A DNA stretch of 64,000 nucleotides from Anaeromyxobacter sp. (GTDB lineage: Bacteria; Myxococcota; Myxococcia; Myxococcales; Anaeromyxobacteraceae): NCBI GenBank assembly GCA_049840735.1, contig JASGJN010000022.1, forward strand, positions 864,001 through 928,000, written 5' to 3'. The stretch's first letter is position 1. Each line of letters starts with the position of its first letter. The notes beneath the pieces were generated by a model. That model saw only the letters and a program-made list of their open reading frames with translations, did no database searches and had not been told where the DNA came from. The position numbers and the translations under genes are program-made. Positions 42,430 through 52,452 of the stretch are shown here, in pieces.

Positions 42430-43087
42430 CTAGTTGAGCGGTCCCCTCGGCTGGTGCACATAGGGCTTGCGGGCGATGAGCTCGAGCACTGCGCAGCGCC
42501 CAACGTGCTGACTTCCCTCGTCGAGGAGGCGCTCCACCTGCGCCACTCGCAGGATCTCGAGTCCGCGCAGCTCGGAGAGGATTCTCCTCTTTGGTTGGAA
42601 GGAGCGCGAGCTCCGTGGGGCCGCCGGTCCCAAAGGTCAACTGCTCAGGCCGGAATGCTTCGAGGACGAATATGCCGCCGGGGCGCAGGGCTCGGACGAC
42701 GCGACCGTGGACTCGTCTTCGAATCGCAGGCGCGAGATGACAGAAAATGGACACAATCGTCTGAAATTGCGTTTCTTCCAGCTCGAAGGTAGCTAGGTCC
42801 GCACAGTGAAGTTCGACGTTCACCCCCCGTTCCAGGGCGAGCCTTCGTGCTTGCTCGAGCGCAACAGGCGAGGAGTCCACCCCAAGTACGGCGTGGCCCA
42901 AGGATGCCAAAAACACGGCGTTCCGACCTTCGCCTTCACCCAGGGATAGGACCGCTCCTCGCTCGAAGAACGACGAAACGGAAACCAGAAATGGATTCGG
43001 TTCCGTGCCGTACGGATATTCGCTGGGGACGGGGATGGTAATCACAGCGGTTCGTTGCTGCGTCCCTTCGATGGCCGCAGCATCCAA
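42430..43087 (-). CDS. class I SAM-dependent methyltransferase (TehB-like); frameshift ~42582, start uncertain
   Basis: YGTEPNPFL, LSLGEGEGRNAVFLA, LRPGG; second frame supplies EGSQHVGRCAVLELIARKP. Confidence 0.8.
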
Positions 43088-43313
43088 GAAAACGGCAGGT
43101 TGCGGCGAATACTTAGGGAAATCGAGGCCAAGTTCGTTGGCTTCGTGGAAACGTCACGGATTTTCGCGGTCCGCCGGCCTTCCGAGGGAGGTGCGCTGCT
43201 GCGCACTCACGACCACCCGGATGGCCATCGCGTCGTTTACCCTCGAGAAGGACTGCTCGAGGCCCGAGCTATCGTGTTACGTTGCGGCGTAAGTATCCTA
43301 AGGGAGGACTGTG

Positions 43314-44339
43314 ATGAACGTGATTCGATCGTTCTTATGGGGTTCGCTCATCGTTGGGTCTGCTTGTTTCGGGGGGAACGCCGTTGCTCAGACGGTCAAA
43401 GCCGATCACACGACCGTGGACACGACTGGCCTTTCGGCGTCGGATCTCGACGCGGCGAGGGCCCTTCGTATGAATCTTTCTCACGCGTCCGTCGGCGGCA
43501 ATATCTGGGATGGACTCAACACGCTCGGGTCCGACACCAAGTTCGAGTTCCCGAATTGGTCGGACAACAATCGAGGTAACCCGGGATGGGAGGCGAAGGT
43601 CTCGCAATTTGAGTCCTGGGTCGCATCGCATACCAGCGATTTTGACGTGTTTCAGAACAAGTTCTGTTACATCGATCAGGATGCCGACTTCGCGAGCTAT
43701 CGCGATTCGATGGTGGCACTCGCCAAACAGTACCCGACCAAGGTGTTCGTTTGGTGGACCATGCCAATTCAAACCGACGACGCGAACAATGCCAAGCGGG
43801 CGGCATTCAACAAACAAGTTCGTGACTACTGCAAGGCCAACGATCTGCCTCTTTACGACATCGCAGACATCGAGAGTCACGAGAGCGATGGCTCTGCGGT
43901 GGTAAGCGGCGGGGTGGAAGCCCTCGATCCTACGCAGTCGAGTGATGGTGGCCACTTGAACGCGGCCGGTGCGGCACGCGCCGCCAAGGCGCAGTGGGCG
44001 TTGATGGCACAGCTCGCCGATCGGTCTCCGTTGCCAGGCACGGGCGGCGCTTCCTCCACGGGCGGCTCGTCTTCCGTCGGGGGCAACGTGTCCGCTTCAT
44101 CGTCTTCTGGTGGCAAGTCCGCAGCGTCCGGTGGGACCTCCAACGTCGGGGGCGAAAGTGGCGCCAATGAAGGCGGGGCTTCCGGTGAGGACTCGACGGA
44201 TGTCACCGATGTAAAGGATGATTCGGGAGATGGATCCGGGTGCGTCATCGCGCGGACCGCAGATCGCAGCGGTGCTTTCGGATGGATAGGTCTCGCCTTG
44301 GGTCTCTTGGGTTGGTCTCGTCGTCGACGAGCCGCGTGA
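43314..44339 (+). CDS. secreted SGNH-like protein with MYXO-CTERM-like sorting tail
   Basis: Signal peptide, HASVGGN, KFCYID, DIADIESH, DGGHLN; tail GC...hydrophobic helix...RRRR. Confidence 0.75.
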   Translation: MNVIRSFLWGSLIVGSACFGGNAVAQTVKADHTTVDTTGLSASDLDAARALRMNLSHASVGGNIWDGLNTLGSDTKFEFPNWSDNNRGNPGWEAKVSQFESWVASHTSDFDVFQNKFCYIDQDADFASYRDSMVALAKQYPTKVFVWWTMPIQTDDANNAKRAAFNKQVRDYCKANDLPLYDIADIESHESDGSAVVSGGVEALDPTQSSDGGHLNAAGAARAAKAQWALMAQLADRSPLPGTGGASSTGGSSSVGGNVSASSSSGGKSAASGGTSNVGGESGANEGGASGEDSTDVTDVKDDSGDGSGCVIARTADRSGAFGWIGLALGLLGWSRRRRAA

Positions 44340-44717
44340 TTGTCGTCATGTCGAACGGGGCTCCTCCGAGCCCGAGCTGAGCAGGAGAGCGAGCTCGGTT
44401 GGGGAGGAGCCGCGCGTCCTTGGCGTGGGGACGCGGCGGCAGACGTAGGCGGTGCTCTTCCCTGGCGCAAATTGTCGGTCGTCGAGTGACAGTGGATCGC
44501 CTCGTGAAGTGTAGTTTCTGCCGTCGATGGGCAGCTTGCTCTTGGTCAACTTGGCAATTCGCCTGCGGTGACGAACGCACGATGGCCGTGAGAAGCGCGA
44601 GCGAAAGGGCAGAAATGGGCTGAAATGCGGGATTTTAAGCCCCCTTCGTGAGCTGCGTCCGCGGCTTTCGGCTTGGCATGCTTGGGAGAAACATGCTTTC
44701 TCTATACGGAGGCCGCT

Positions 44718-45704
44718 ATGACCGTTACTCCTCGCCCGACGCCGGTAGTGAAACCTCCACAGCAATCTGCGCCCGTCAGTGAACGTGCACCACGGAAGGT
44801 CTTGCTGTCTCCCGTCGTTGTCGTCGCCAGTGGCGGTGAGTGGGAACTCGAACAGGGCGAGCTCGTCATTGGTCGCGATCCGAGTGCTCAGATTATGCTG
44901 GAGGATCCGCTGGTATCACGTTTTCACGCCCGTATCGTCGTGAGTGAGGACGGCCGAGTCGCTCTCGAGGACTTACAAAGTGCCAATGGGATCTTCGTCA
45001 ATGGCGTCAAATTGGCACGACAACGCATCGAACTCGGGGAAGGGGATCGATTGCTCATCGGCACGACCGAGGTGAGTGTGTTCGGGATGCGCGTTTCGGC
45101 AATGGTTCGATTGGGCAAACAGGTGGCACGAATTGCTCCTCCCGTTCTTGCGCAACCCAAGTTGCCCGCATTCGGTACTGCCGTCGACTCCCCCGCGGCA
45201 CCACGACTTGCACCACGACAACCCCGGCGTCCGGCAGTGACGGGGCGCACGGATGCAAGTCAGTTGGTGAGGCAGTTCGCAGAACAATTGATGGAGACAG
45301 GTCATCCACTCGAAGCGGTGCGCGTGCTGTCGGAACACTTGCAGAATCTCGTGAAAGGAGCGTCTGCTGGACTTAGCGTGCCGGAAGTGATTCTGGAGAG
45401 TGCGGCACGCTCTGCGCTTCGTCTCCACCAGTGGACTGGGCGCGTGGCTTGGATCGAGTACGTATTCGAGCTCCACTTGGCGAGCCTTGCCGTTCCGAGC
45501 ACGGAATGTCTGGGAGAACTCGAACCGTTGCTCTCGACGACTGCCGTCGATTCATCGCTCGTTGGTTATTTCGTCAAGACCCTCGAGCGGCGCGCCGAGC
45601 CCCTTTCCTCCGAAGAATTGGAACAACTCAAGCGACTCGAGCGGTTCGCCGTCGCCGTTTCCTCGTCACCTGACCCAAAGAGCACGCGTGAGGGGTCGCG
45701 GTGA
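44718..45704 (+). CDS. FHA domain protein
   Basis: IGRDP...VSRFHARI...DLQSANGIFVNG. Confidence 0.85.
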   Translation: MTVTPRPTPVVKPPQQSAPVSERAPRKVLLSPVVVVASGGEWELEQGELVIGRDPSAQIMLEDPLVSRFHARIVVSEDGRVALEDLQSANGIFVNGVKLARQRIELGEGDRLLIGTTEVSVFGMRVSAMVRLGKQVARIAPPVLAQPKLPAFGTAVDSPAAPRLAPRQPRRPAVTGRTDASQLVRQFAEQLMETGHPLEAVRVLSEHLQNLVKGASAGLSVPEVILESAARSALRLHQWTGRVAWIEYVFELHLASLAVPSTECLGELEPLLSTTAVDSSLVGYFVKTLERRAEPLSSEELEQLKRLERFAVAVSSSPDPKSTREGSR

Positions 45705-46066
45705 ACGCAACCATGACCGGCGGCGCAAGCCCTTGCAGCCGTCCACGTCTACCTCACTGAGGCGACCGACGCGGGGAACGTTCACTCCGAAAAGCCGAGC
45801 AGTCACGAGCACCTACGTCGCTGAAGCCATCGTCGCGTCGCAGGTTCACGAAGCAAGAGCGGTGCATGTGCCAAAACGGGAGCTCCTTCTCGGTGGATGT
45901 GCGCAAATGGGTTGTCGGTCCACTCTCGGCTGGAGGAGCGATGGTCGGTGCTCGAGGAAGACCCTGACTCGACCGAATCTCCTTCAGGCGCCTGCCACTC
46001 GGGGAGCGTCGCCTGTTTCCATCATTGCGCTTCTATTCTGCGCTGACCGAGCCGTATCTCTCCGTT

Positions 46067-47882
46067 ATGGCGCTGCCACTTCGGATCAAATTGTTCGCGC
46101 TTCCAGTCGCGGCGATCTTGGCGATGAGCCTATTCGTCGGGCCGGTTCTCTATGGTGTGATGAAGCGGACTACAGAAGGACAAGCGCTTCAGGCGCTCGA
46201 GCGCACAGGCAACGACGCCACTGGACGACTCAATCGCGCCGTTCAAGAGACCCTCGCCATCGCTCTGCACGTCGCGGCTCGACCGGACATAGCCGTGGCA
46301 TTCGCCCACGGACAGTCACTGCCTGGGTTCGAGGAGATTTTACGCGCGGAATCCGGTTTGGGCATCGACGAATTGCGACTCTACCGAAGCGCAAATGAGC
46401 CACCCGTTTATCTTCGTGCACCCGGATCCGTGGCACGGGAGTCGACGATCGAGTCATCACCGATCGACGATGCCCTTCGCGGACGAAGCTCATCGGGGCT
46501 GACCTTCGACAAGCTGGAAGGGGTCGTCGTTCGCGCGTTCGTGCCGGTTCGTCGCGACAACGGCGTTTCGGGAGTGCTCGTGGCAAGTGCGCCAATCAGT
46601 CGCTCGCACGCCTTCGTGGATTCCGTACAAGCTGACACCCGTGCCCATTGCACGCTCTTCGTGGGCTCGCAGCGCGTGTCGACGACCATCCGCAAGGGTG
46701 ACGGTCGAGCGATTGGGACCCTCCTGGCCAACCCCACGATTGAAGCTCAAGTGCTCTCGGAGGGGCGCGAGTACCTCGGGCGTTCGATGATTTTGGGGCG
46801 TGAGCACGTCGCGAGTTATCGGCCACTGAAGAACAGTGCCGGTAAGGCACTGGGGATGCTCTTCGTCGGGATCGAATCAATCCGAGAGCCAGGCTGCCAC
46901 TCGGGACGTTCTGTCTTCCGTTACGTGGGCCGCGTTGGGCTCTCTCGTCATATTCGGACTGCTCGGGTGGCGATTGGCGCAGCATATTGCACGCCCCATT
47001 CTCGAGACGGCGACCTTTGCGCATCGGCTGGCCCGAGGGGACTTGGGGCACGTCCTGAAGGTCACGGCCAAGGACGAGATTGGTGCGATGGGCGGCGCCC
47101 TACGCAAGATGCACGTACAGCTGAAATCGGTCGTGACGGTGGTCCAAAATGCAGCTCGCTCGGTCTCGTCGAGCACGCGTCAGCTTTCAGAAGCTGCGGA
47201 ACAGTTGGGCAACAACTCGAGCGTGCAGGCGTCTTCTGCTGAAGAGCTCAATCGCGCGATGGAGCGACTGTCTGCGGACGCGAAGGAGATGAGGCTTCAG
47301 GTGGAGCGAGCGAAAGCCGCAGCGCAAAGCGCTGCGGAGCGCCTGATCGAGAGCGGATCGAAGGTTCACGAGTCTGCTGAGGCCACGAATCAGATTGCCG
47401 TCGCGATTGCCGACGTCGATGCCATTGCACGTCGAACCAACCTCTTGGCGCTCAATGCTGCCATCGAAGCTGCTCGTGCTGGCGATGCCGGACTTGGCTT
47501 CGCCGTCGTGGCTGCGGAGGTCCGACGACTAGCCGAGCAGAGTCTGTCGGCGTCGCAGACGATCGCCGCCGTCGCCAAACGAGGCGTCGCGTTGTCGGTT
47601 GAAACTCGCGCCCTGACGGAGCGTGCCGTGTCGAGCGTTGAACAATCGGCGCAGCTCTCACAAGACGTGATGCGATTGGCAGACGGGCAATTGACGGTAG
47701 TCGAAGAGGTTGCCAAAGCGACTGCCTATCTCGAGAACGTCGTTCATGCGAACTCTGCGGCTTCCGAGGAACTCGCTGCGAGTTCTCAGGAACTCGCAGG
47801 TCGTGCCAATGATCTGCACGACGCAACCGCGTTCTTCCACCTCGAATCGGGCGAAGCCGCACACGCGAACGACGCCGAATAG
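46067..47882 (+). CDS. methyl-accepting chemotaxis protein with Cache sensor and HAMP; frameshift ~46876
   Basis: TM1, RVSTTI...GRAIGT...YRPL...GMLFVG Cache domain; second frame gives TM2, [24 protein letters not shown]. Confidence 0.85.
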
Positions 47883-48070
47883 GCCGGAAGAACGCGGAAT
47901 CATTTCGATCAACCGAAGGTTCTGCGCCTGACCAACCGGTAGATCGACGGCGACTCGTCGGCTGGTGCGATCCGGGTGGATCTCGGGTTCGTTCGGCGCT
48001 AGGGCGGCAAGCCCTGCTCCTCTCGTTGCACGCGGTGCGCGGGGGGGAGCAACGTCGAAGACCGAGATCC

Positions 48071-49789
48071 ATGAGAGAGCCATTCCGACTGAGGCCCTAT
48101 CAGCGCTCCGCCGTACAGGCGGTCCTTTCCCGCTACCAGGACAATGGCGAGCGACGCATGCTTCTCTACTTGCCAACGGGGGCAGGCAAGACCGTCATAG
48201 CGACCTACATCATCAAGGCTCTCCGGGACGTACTCGGCAAGGCCGGGCGGACCTTGTTCGTCGCACACCGACAAGAGATCTCTGATCAAACCGCCCGTAC
48301 GCTCACGACGCATTTGCCTGGCGTCAGTGTTCAGGTCGAGCAAGGGGAACGCAGCGCCAATCCAAATACGGACATCGTGGTTGCTTCGGTGCAATCTCTC
48401 GTTCGTCGAAAGGAGCGCTACGATCCGAAGGCCTTTCGTCTGATCATTTGTGACGAGTGCCATCGTGCACTCGCGCCAAGTTGGGAAGACGTCATTTCCT
48501 ACTTTTGGGCAGAGGCCAGCGAGCAGACGCTGCTCTTGGGAATGACCGCGACGCCTCGACGATCAGATGGTAAGTCCGTGCTCGACGTCTTTGGTCAGAC
48601 GGCGTTCGAGATCTCGAGAACGGATCTCGAGGATCTCGGTTTCCTCGTGCCGATGCAGTACTTCACCGTCACGAGCGAGCTTGCTCTCGACAAGGTGAAG
48701 CTCTCCGGTGGTGATTTCCACGTTGGTGCTCTATCGAAGGTCATGAATACGCCGGAGTGCCGCGCCCTTGCCGTCAAGGCTTGGCTCGAACAGGGTGTCG
48801 GCAAGAAGACGATCGTCTTTTGCGCAGGCGTCGAGCATGCGACGAATCTGGCAATGGATCTGCAATCCATTGGGATCCGGGCGGAGAAGATCGACGGCAA
48901 GACAAAGGATCGAGCGGAACTGCTCGGAAGATTCCGCAGCGGAGAGATCCAGGTTCTCACCAATTATGGCGTATTGACCGAGGGCTTCGATGATCCCGAG
49001 GTATCGTGCGTATTGATGGCGCGCCCAACTACGTCTCCACTGGTTTACACGCAGTGCGTAGGACGCGGGCTCCGCTCGTCTCCGGGCAAGTCGGCGTGCA
49101 CCGTGATCAACCTCGTCGACCGCAGCACCCGCCAATTGCAGTATGACGCCGTGCAAATGGCGGGTCTGCCGACGCGCTGGCGATGTCGCGGTGGCAATCC
49201 ATTCCGAGAGGCGGCGTCACTTCGTGGGGTCAAAGTAACGAGTCCCGAAGCCTTCTTGCAAATCCGCAATGCGTCTTCTCTGCAAGAGGTGCAATCGATT
49301 CTGATGAGTCTTCCGCCGAGCGTCGTGGTCGCGGGACTCGATGGCGAACCCGTACTTCGTTACACCATGGTCACCGAGCCCATCGAGCGCGAGCGCGCGG
49401 ATCGCGAGGTGAAGCAACTCCTCAAGCAGGCGCAAGTGTTCGGTGCGAAGGTTGCCATCGAAGAAGACGTGGTTCGGGTGACGTTTCGCCACGAAGAGAC
49501 CGACAACGAACGTTACGCGCCGCTGCTTTGGCATCTGTCCCAAGCCACGGGGCGACGGATCGAATACAGCCGTGCCAAGCGGAAGGAGAACGCGAACCCC
49601 AAGGTACTGTTGAAATCCATGTTGCCCGAAGGTTGTCGGATTACGGCTTTCGAGTCTGCGACGGACGAGAGCGCTATCGTGGCGAATATCTCAGGCCTTG
49701 CTCCACGGGAGCTCGAAGTGCTAGCCCGGGATTTCTTTACGGAGTACGGCGTTGCCCTCAAGGTCAAGGGGCAGATGTCGCTCTTTTGA
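48071..49789 (+). CDS. SF2 DExH helicase (ResIII/Irc3-like) with C-terminal extension
   Basis: LRPYQ, LPTGAGKT, DECH, TAT, LTEGFD, QCVGRGLR. Confidence 0.88.
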   Translation: MREPFRLRPYQRSAVQAVLSRYQDNGERRMLLYLPTGAGKTVIATYIIKALRDVLGKAGRTLFVAHRQEISDQTARTLTTHLPGVSVQVEQGERSANPNTDIVVASVQSLVRRKERYDPKAFRLIICDECHRALAPSWEDVISYFWAEASEQTLLLGMTATPRRSDGKSVLDVFGQTAFEISRTDLEDLGFLVPMQYFTVTSELALDKVKLSGGDFHVGALSKVMNTPECRALAVKAWLEQGVGKKTIVFCAGVEHATNLAMDLQSIGIRAEKIDGKTKDRAELLGRFRSGEIQVLTNYGVLTEGFDDPEVSCVLMARPTTSPLVYTQCVGRGLRSSPGKSACTVINLVDRSTRQLQYDAVQMAGLPTRWRCRGGNPFREAASLRGVKVTSPEAFLQIRNASSLQEVQSILMSLPPSVVVAGLDGEPVLRYTMVTEPIERERADREVKQLLKQAQVFGAKVAIEEDVVRVTFRHEETDNERYAPLLWHLSQATGRRIEYSRAKRKENANPKVLLKSMLPEGCRITAFESATDESAIVANISGLAPRELEVLARDFFTEYGVALKVKGQMSLF

Positions 49790-49973
49790 CGCGTTACCTC
49801 GGTTCTTTCGATGACCCGATCCAACGTCGAAGAAATCTGGCCGTGCCGGCTGTTTTTGCCGGTGCGGCGTGGCAACGGTTCACGGTAAATGTCGGTTTTT
49901 GTCCACCGAGTGCGGCGCGACTCTCCCGCGAACGGCTTTCAAGCACTCTCGAAGCGTGCTACGAACCACCGAC

Positions 49974-50606
49974 ATGAGTGGTGGCAAGTGGCTCGGAGTG
50001 ATCTTGGGGGTCGCCGTATTCGATGTGGGAGCGTCGGCGTTCGCGCAAGCCAGCAGCTCGGCAGCGGCTCCTCAAGGGGTTCCACCGCCGCCTCCAGGGT
50101 ATGTGTACGTTCCAACGAGTTCGTTGCCTCAGCTGTCACCGTTGGCGAAACCTGCTCCTGAGCTCGATTATCGCGATGGTGAGCCAGTGCCGTCGGGTTA
50201 CCACATCGAGGAAAAGCCAATTCGTGGGCTCGTGGTTGCAGGTTACATCGTGTCTGCGATCCCGTATGAAATCGGCGTCATGGTTGCGACGGGCTCTCAG
50301 TTCTCGAACCGGACAGAGATGTTGCTTTTCCCGTACTTCGGCCCTTGGCTCACTCTCGGACTCCGGGAGTCATCGACGTGCACGAGGACGAATGGAAGCG
50401 AGGGGTCCTCTCTCGGGTGTTTGGGTGATTCTCTCGCCGTGTCATTTTTGGTGATGGACGGGCTCGTGCAAGCCGCCGGGGGAGGCATGTTGCTCGGGGG
50501 ATACCTCGGAACCCGTAAGCGATTGGTTTACGGGAGATCGGGTTGGAATTGGTCTCCTGGGTTCGTCGGCAATGGCTATGGAATCCGCGCTGCCGGCGCA
50601 TTCTAG
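49974..50606 (+). CDS. hypothetical exported/membrane protein
   Basis: Signal peptide (AFA), Pro-rich segment, hydrophobic hairpins, terminal GIRAAGAF. Confidence 0.65.
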   Translation: MSGGKWLGVILGVAVFDVGASAFAQASSSAAAPQGVPPPPPGYVYVPTSSLPQLSPLAKPAPELDYRDGEPVPSGYHIEEKPIRGLVVAGYIVSAIPYEIGVMVATGSQFSNRTEMLLFPYFGPWLTLGLRESSTCTRTNGSEGSSLGCLGDSLAVSFLVMDGLVQAAGGGMLLGGYLGTRKRLVYGRSGWNWSPGFVGNGYGIRAAGAF

Positions 50607-50645
50607 GGTGATCGGGGTCCTTCGAGACCGCGCCGTCTAGAAATC

Positions 50646-51299
50646 ATGCTAGGCTTGCGAGCGGCAATGCGCCAACCGGTCCCACCAACCTTGCGCGTGC
50701 GCGGCTCTTGCGTAGTGCCACTAATTCTCGTTTGTTGTTCTCTCGATCCGGTATCTCAGGATCCGGCAGCAGAGCGAGGTGGCGAGCGCGGAATACCGTC
50801 TGTGGGGCTCGGCGGCGCGAAAGCTGGCGGTGACCAACCGGGCAGCATCGACGGTCGTCCCGACAATGGCTATTCCAGTGGTGGAGTCGTCACCGAATCA
50901 GAGGTGGTGATGGGCGGCGCTCAGGCCACGTCCTCTTGGGATGCATCGGGTGGAGCGGCAGCTGGAACTGGCTCGAGTACGAGCACGGAGAACGGTGGCG
51001 TTTCGTCGAACGGTGGGAGCTCCGCGGTGCCAGAAAACCTCGGAGGAAGTTCCGGCAGTTACGGCAATTCTGGCTCCGGGAGCTCGAGCAGCGGTGCAAG
51101 CAGCACCCTGAGCGCCGGCAACGCCGGGATCCTCGGTTCTGGCGGCGCTGGAAGCCTGAATAGCGCAGGGGCTTTCAATGGGGAGGGCTCCGGGAACGTG
51201 AGTGGTTCTGGCCGTGGTGGTGGATCCGGAATCTGTGACGAAAATCCGGGTTGCGTGAATCGCGGTGCCCGTGGTGGGGCCAGCGAATCCGGCGGATAG
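50646..51299 (+). CDS. low-complexity Gly/Ser-rich putative lipoprotein
   Basis: Hydrophobic stretch ending in CC followed by Gly/Ser-rich chain; no catalytic domain. Confidence 0.45.
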   Translation: MLGLRAAMRQPVPPTLRVRGSCVVPLILVCCSLDPVSQDPAAERGGERGIPSVGLGGAKAGGDQPGSIDGRPDNGYSSGGVVTESEVVMGGAQATSSWDASGGAAAGTGSSTSTENGGVSSNGGSSAVPENLGGSSGSYGNSGSGSSSSGASSTLSAGNAGILGSGGAGSLNSAGAFNGEGSGNVSGSGRGGGSGICDENPGCVNRGARGGASESGG

Positions 51300-51358
51300 A
51301 GCTCCTCCGCGCTCGCGATCACGCCGCATGACGAACGTAGCGCACACGGCCCCTAGCG

Positions 51359-51692
51359 CGCGGCACGTTGCGAGCGCGGCACGTTGCGAGCGCGGCACGT
51401 TGCGAGCGCGGCACGTTGCGAGCGCGGCAGTGCCCACGGTATCGAGTGAACGCGGCACGTTGCGAGCGCGGCACGTTGCGAGCGCGGCAGTGCCCACGGT
51501 ATCGAGTGAACGCGGCACGTTGCGAGCGCGGCACGTTGCGAGCGCGGCACGTTGCGAGCGCGGCACGTTGCGAGCGCGGCACGTTGCGAGCGCGGCACGT
51601 TGCGAGCGCGGCAGTGCCCACGGTGTCTGGCGAGCGGGGCACGTTGCGAACGCGGCACGTTGCGAGCGCAGCAGTGCCCACGGTGTCTGGCG
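51359..51692. repeat. composite tandem array of 16-bp (A) and 28-bp (B) units: A4-B-A2-B-A6-B'-A2-B'
   Basis: A=CGCGGCACGTTGCGAG, B=CGCGGCAGTGCCCACGGTATCGAGTGAA; terminal copies degenerate. Confidence 0.93.
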
Positions 51693-52137
51693 CTTCACGC
51701 AACGCGGTTGTCGTGCCCTCTCCGTTGCCGTTGTTGATCCCGAGTTGCCCGCCGATTCGCGTCAGATGCGTCAGCTGTCGTCGACGTGGTGTTGCTGTGA
51801 TTCACTACCGTAGCCCAACTATCACTCATCGCCCGAGGAGCCGCGCTCGTCAACTTCGGGGGGCTTTGCGTCTTATGCGTGAGTTGCGCGCCATCGTAAA
51901 GAGTGTTCTTGATGAACATCAAGTTTTGGCGCCTCGTTCAAGGCGTGCCGAGTGCTGAAGCGCGTACGCGCGTCGCACCCAAAGCGAATTCGAGGAACGG
52001 AGTGTCGAGCTAGCCTCTTGTTCGCGAGGGGCTTTGTCTTGAGTGAACACGGTGGTTGGGGACTTCAAAGGTTGCATTGAGCAGCTTTGCGATTGGATTT
52101 CGCTGAGAATTGCGCGAGTCGACGTTGCTCGTGTCGT

Positions 52138-52153
52138 TGGCACGTATTCTGCT
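52138..52153 (+). promoter_or_regulatory. candidate sigma-54 (-24/-12) promoter for the metalloprotease gene
   Basis: TGGCACGTATTCTGCT: GG and GC 12 bp apart, one mismatch to TGGCAC-N5-TTGCW, about 300 bp upstream of ATG. Confidence 0.5.
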
Positions 52154-52452
52154 TTGGCGCGCTGCGGATGTGAACGAGGCGCCCGCGAACCGTCGTGTCG
52201 CGGAAGGCCAACTCGACGGACGAGCGAGTGAGACAGTCGCTCTTGGAATTGCAGAGTGGCCCAAGAAGGGATTTCGAAGGGAGTCTGACGTTGACGTGAA
52301 TAGGGCTGAGTAACGTCTCGTCCAAGTATCACTGCGCTTACTGGGGCGAGCATCATCGATTGGGAGCACTGGGGTAACGCATTTCCCACGAATTGCGCGG
52401 CTGGGTGCGCCTGTTTGCCCGAATGGGCACAGCGAAAATGTGGAGGAGTGAA

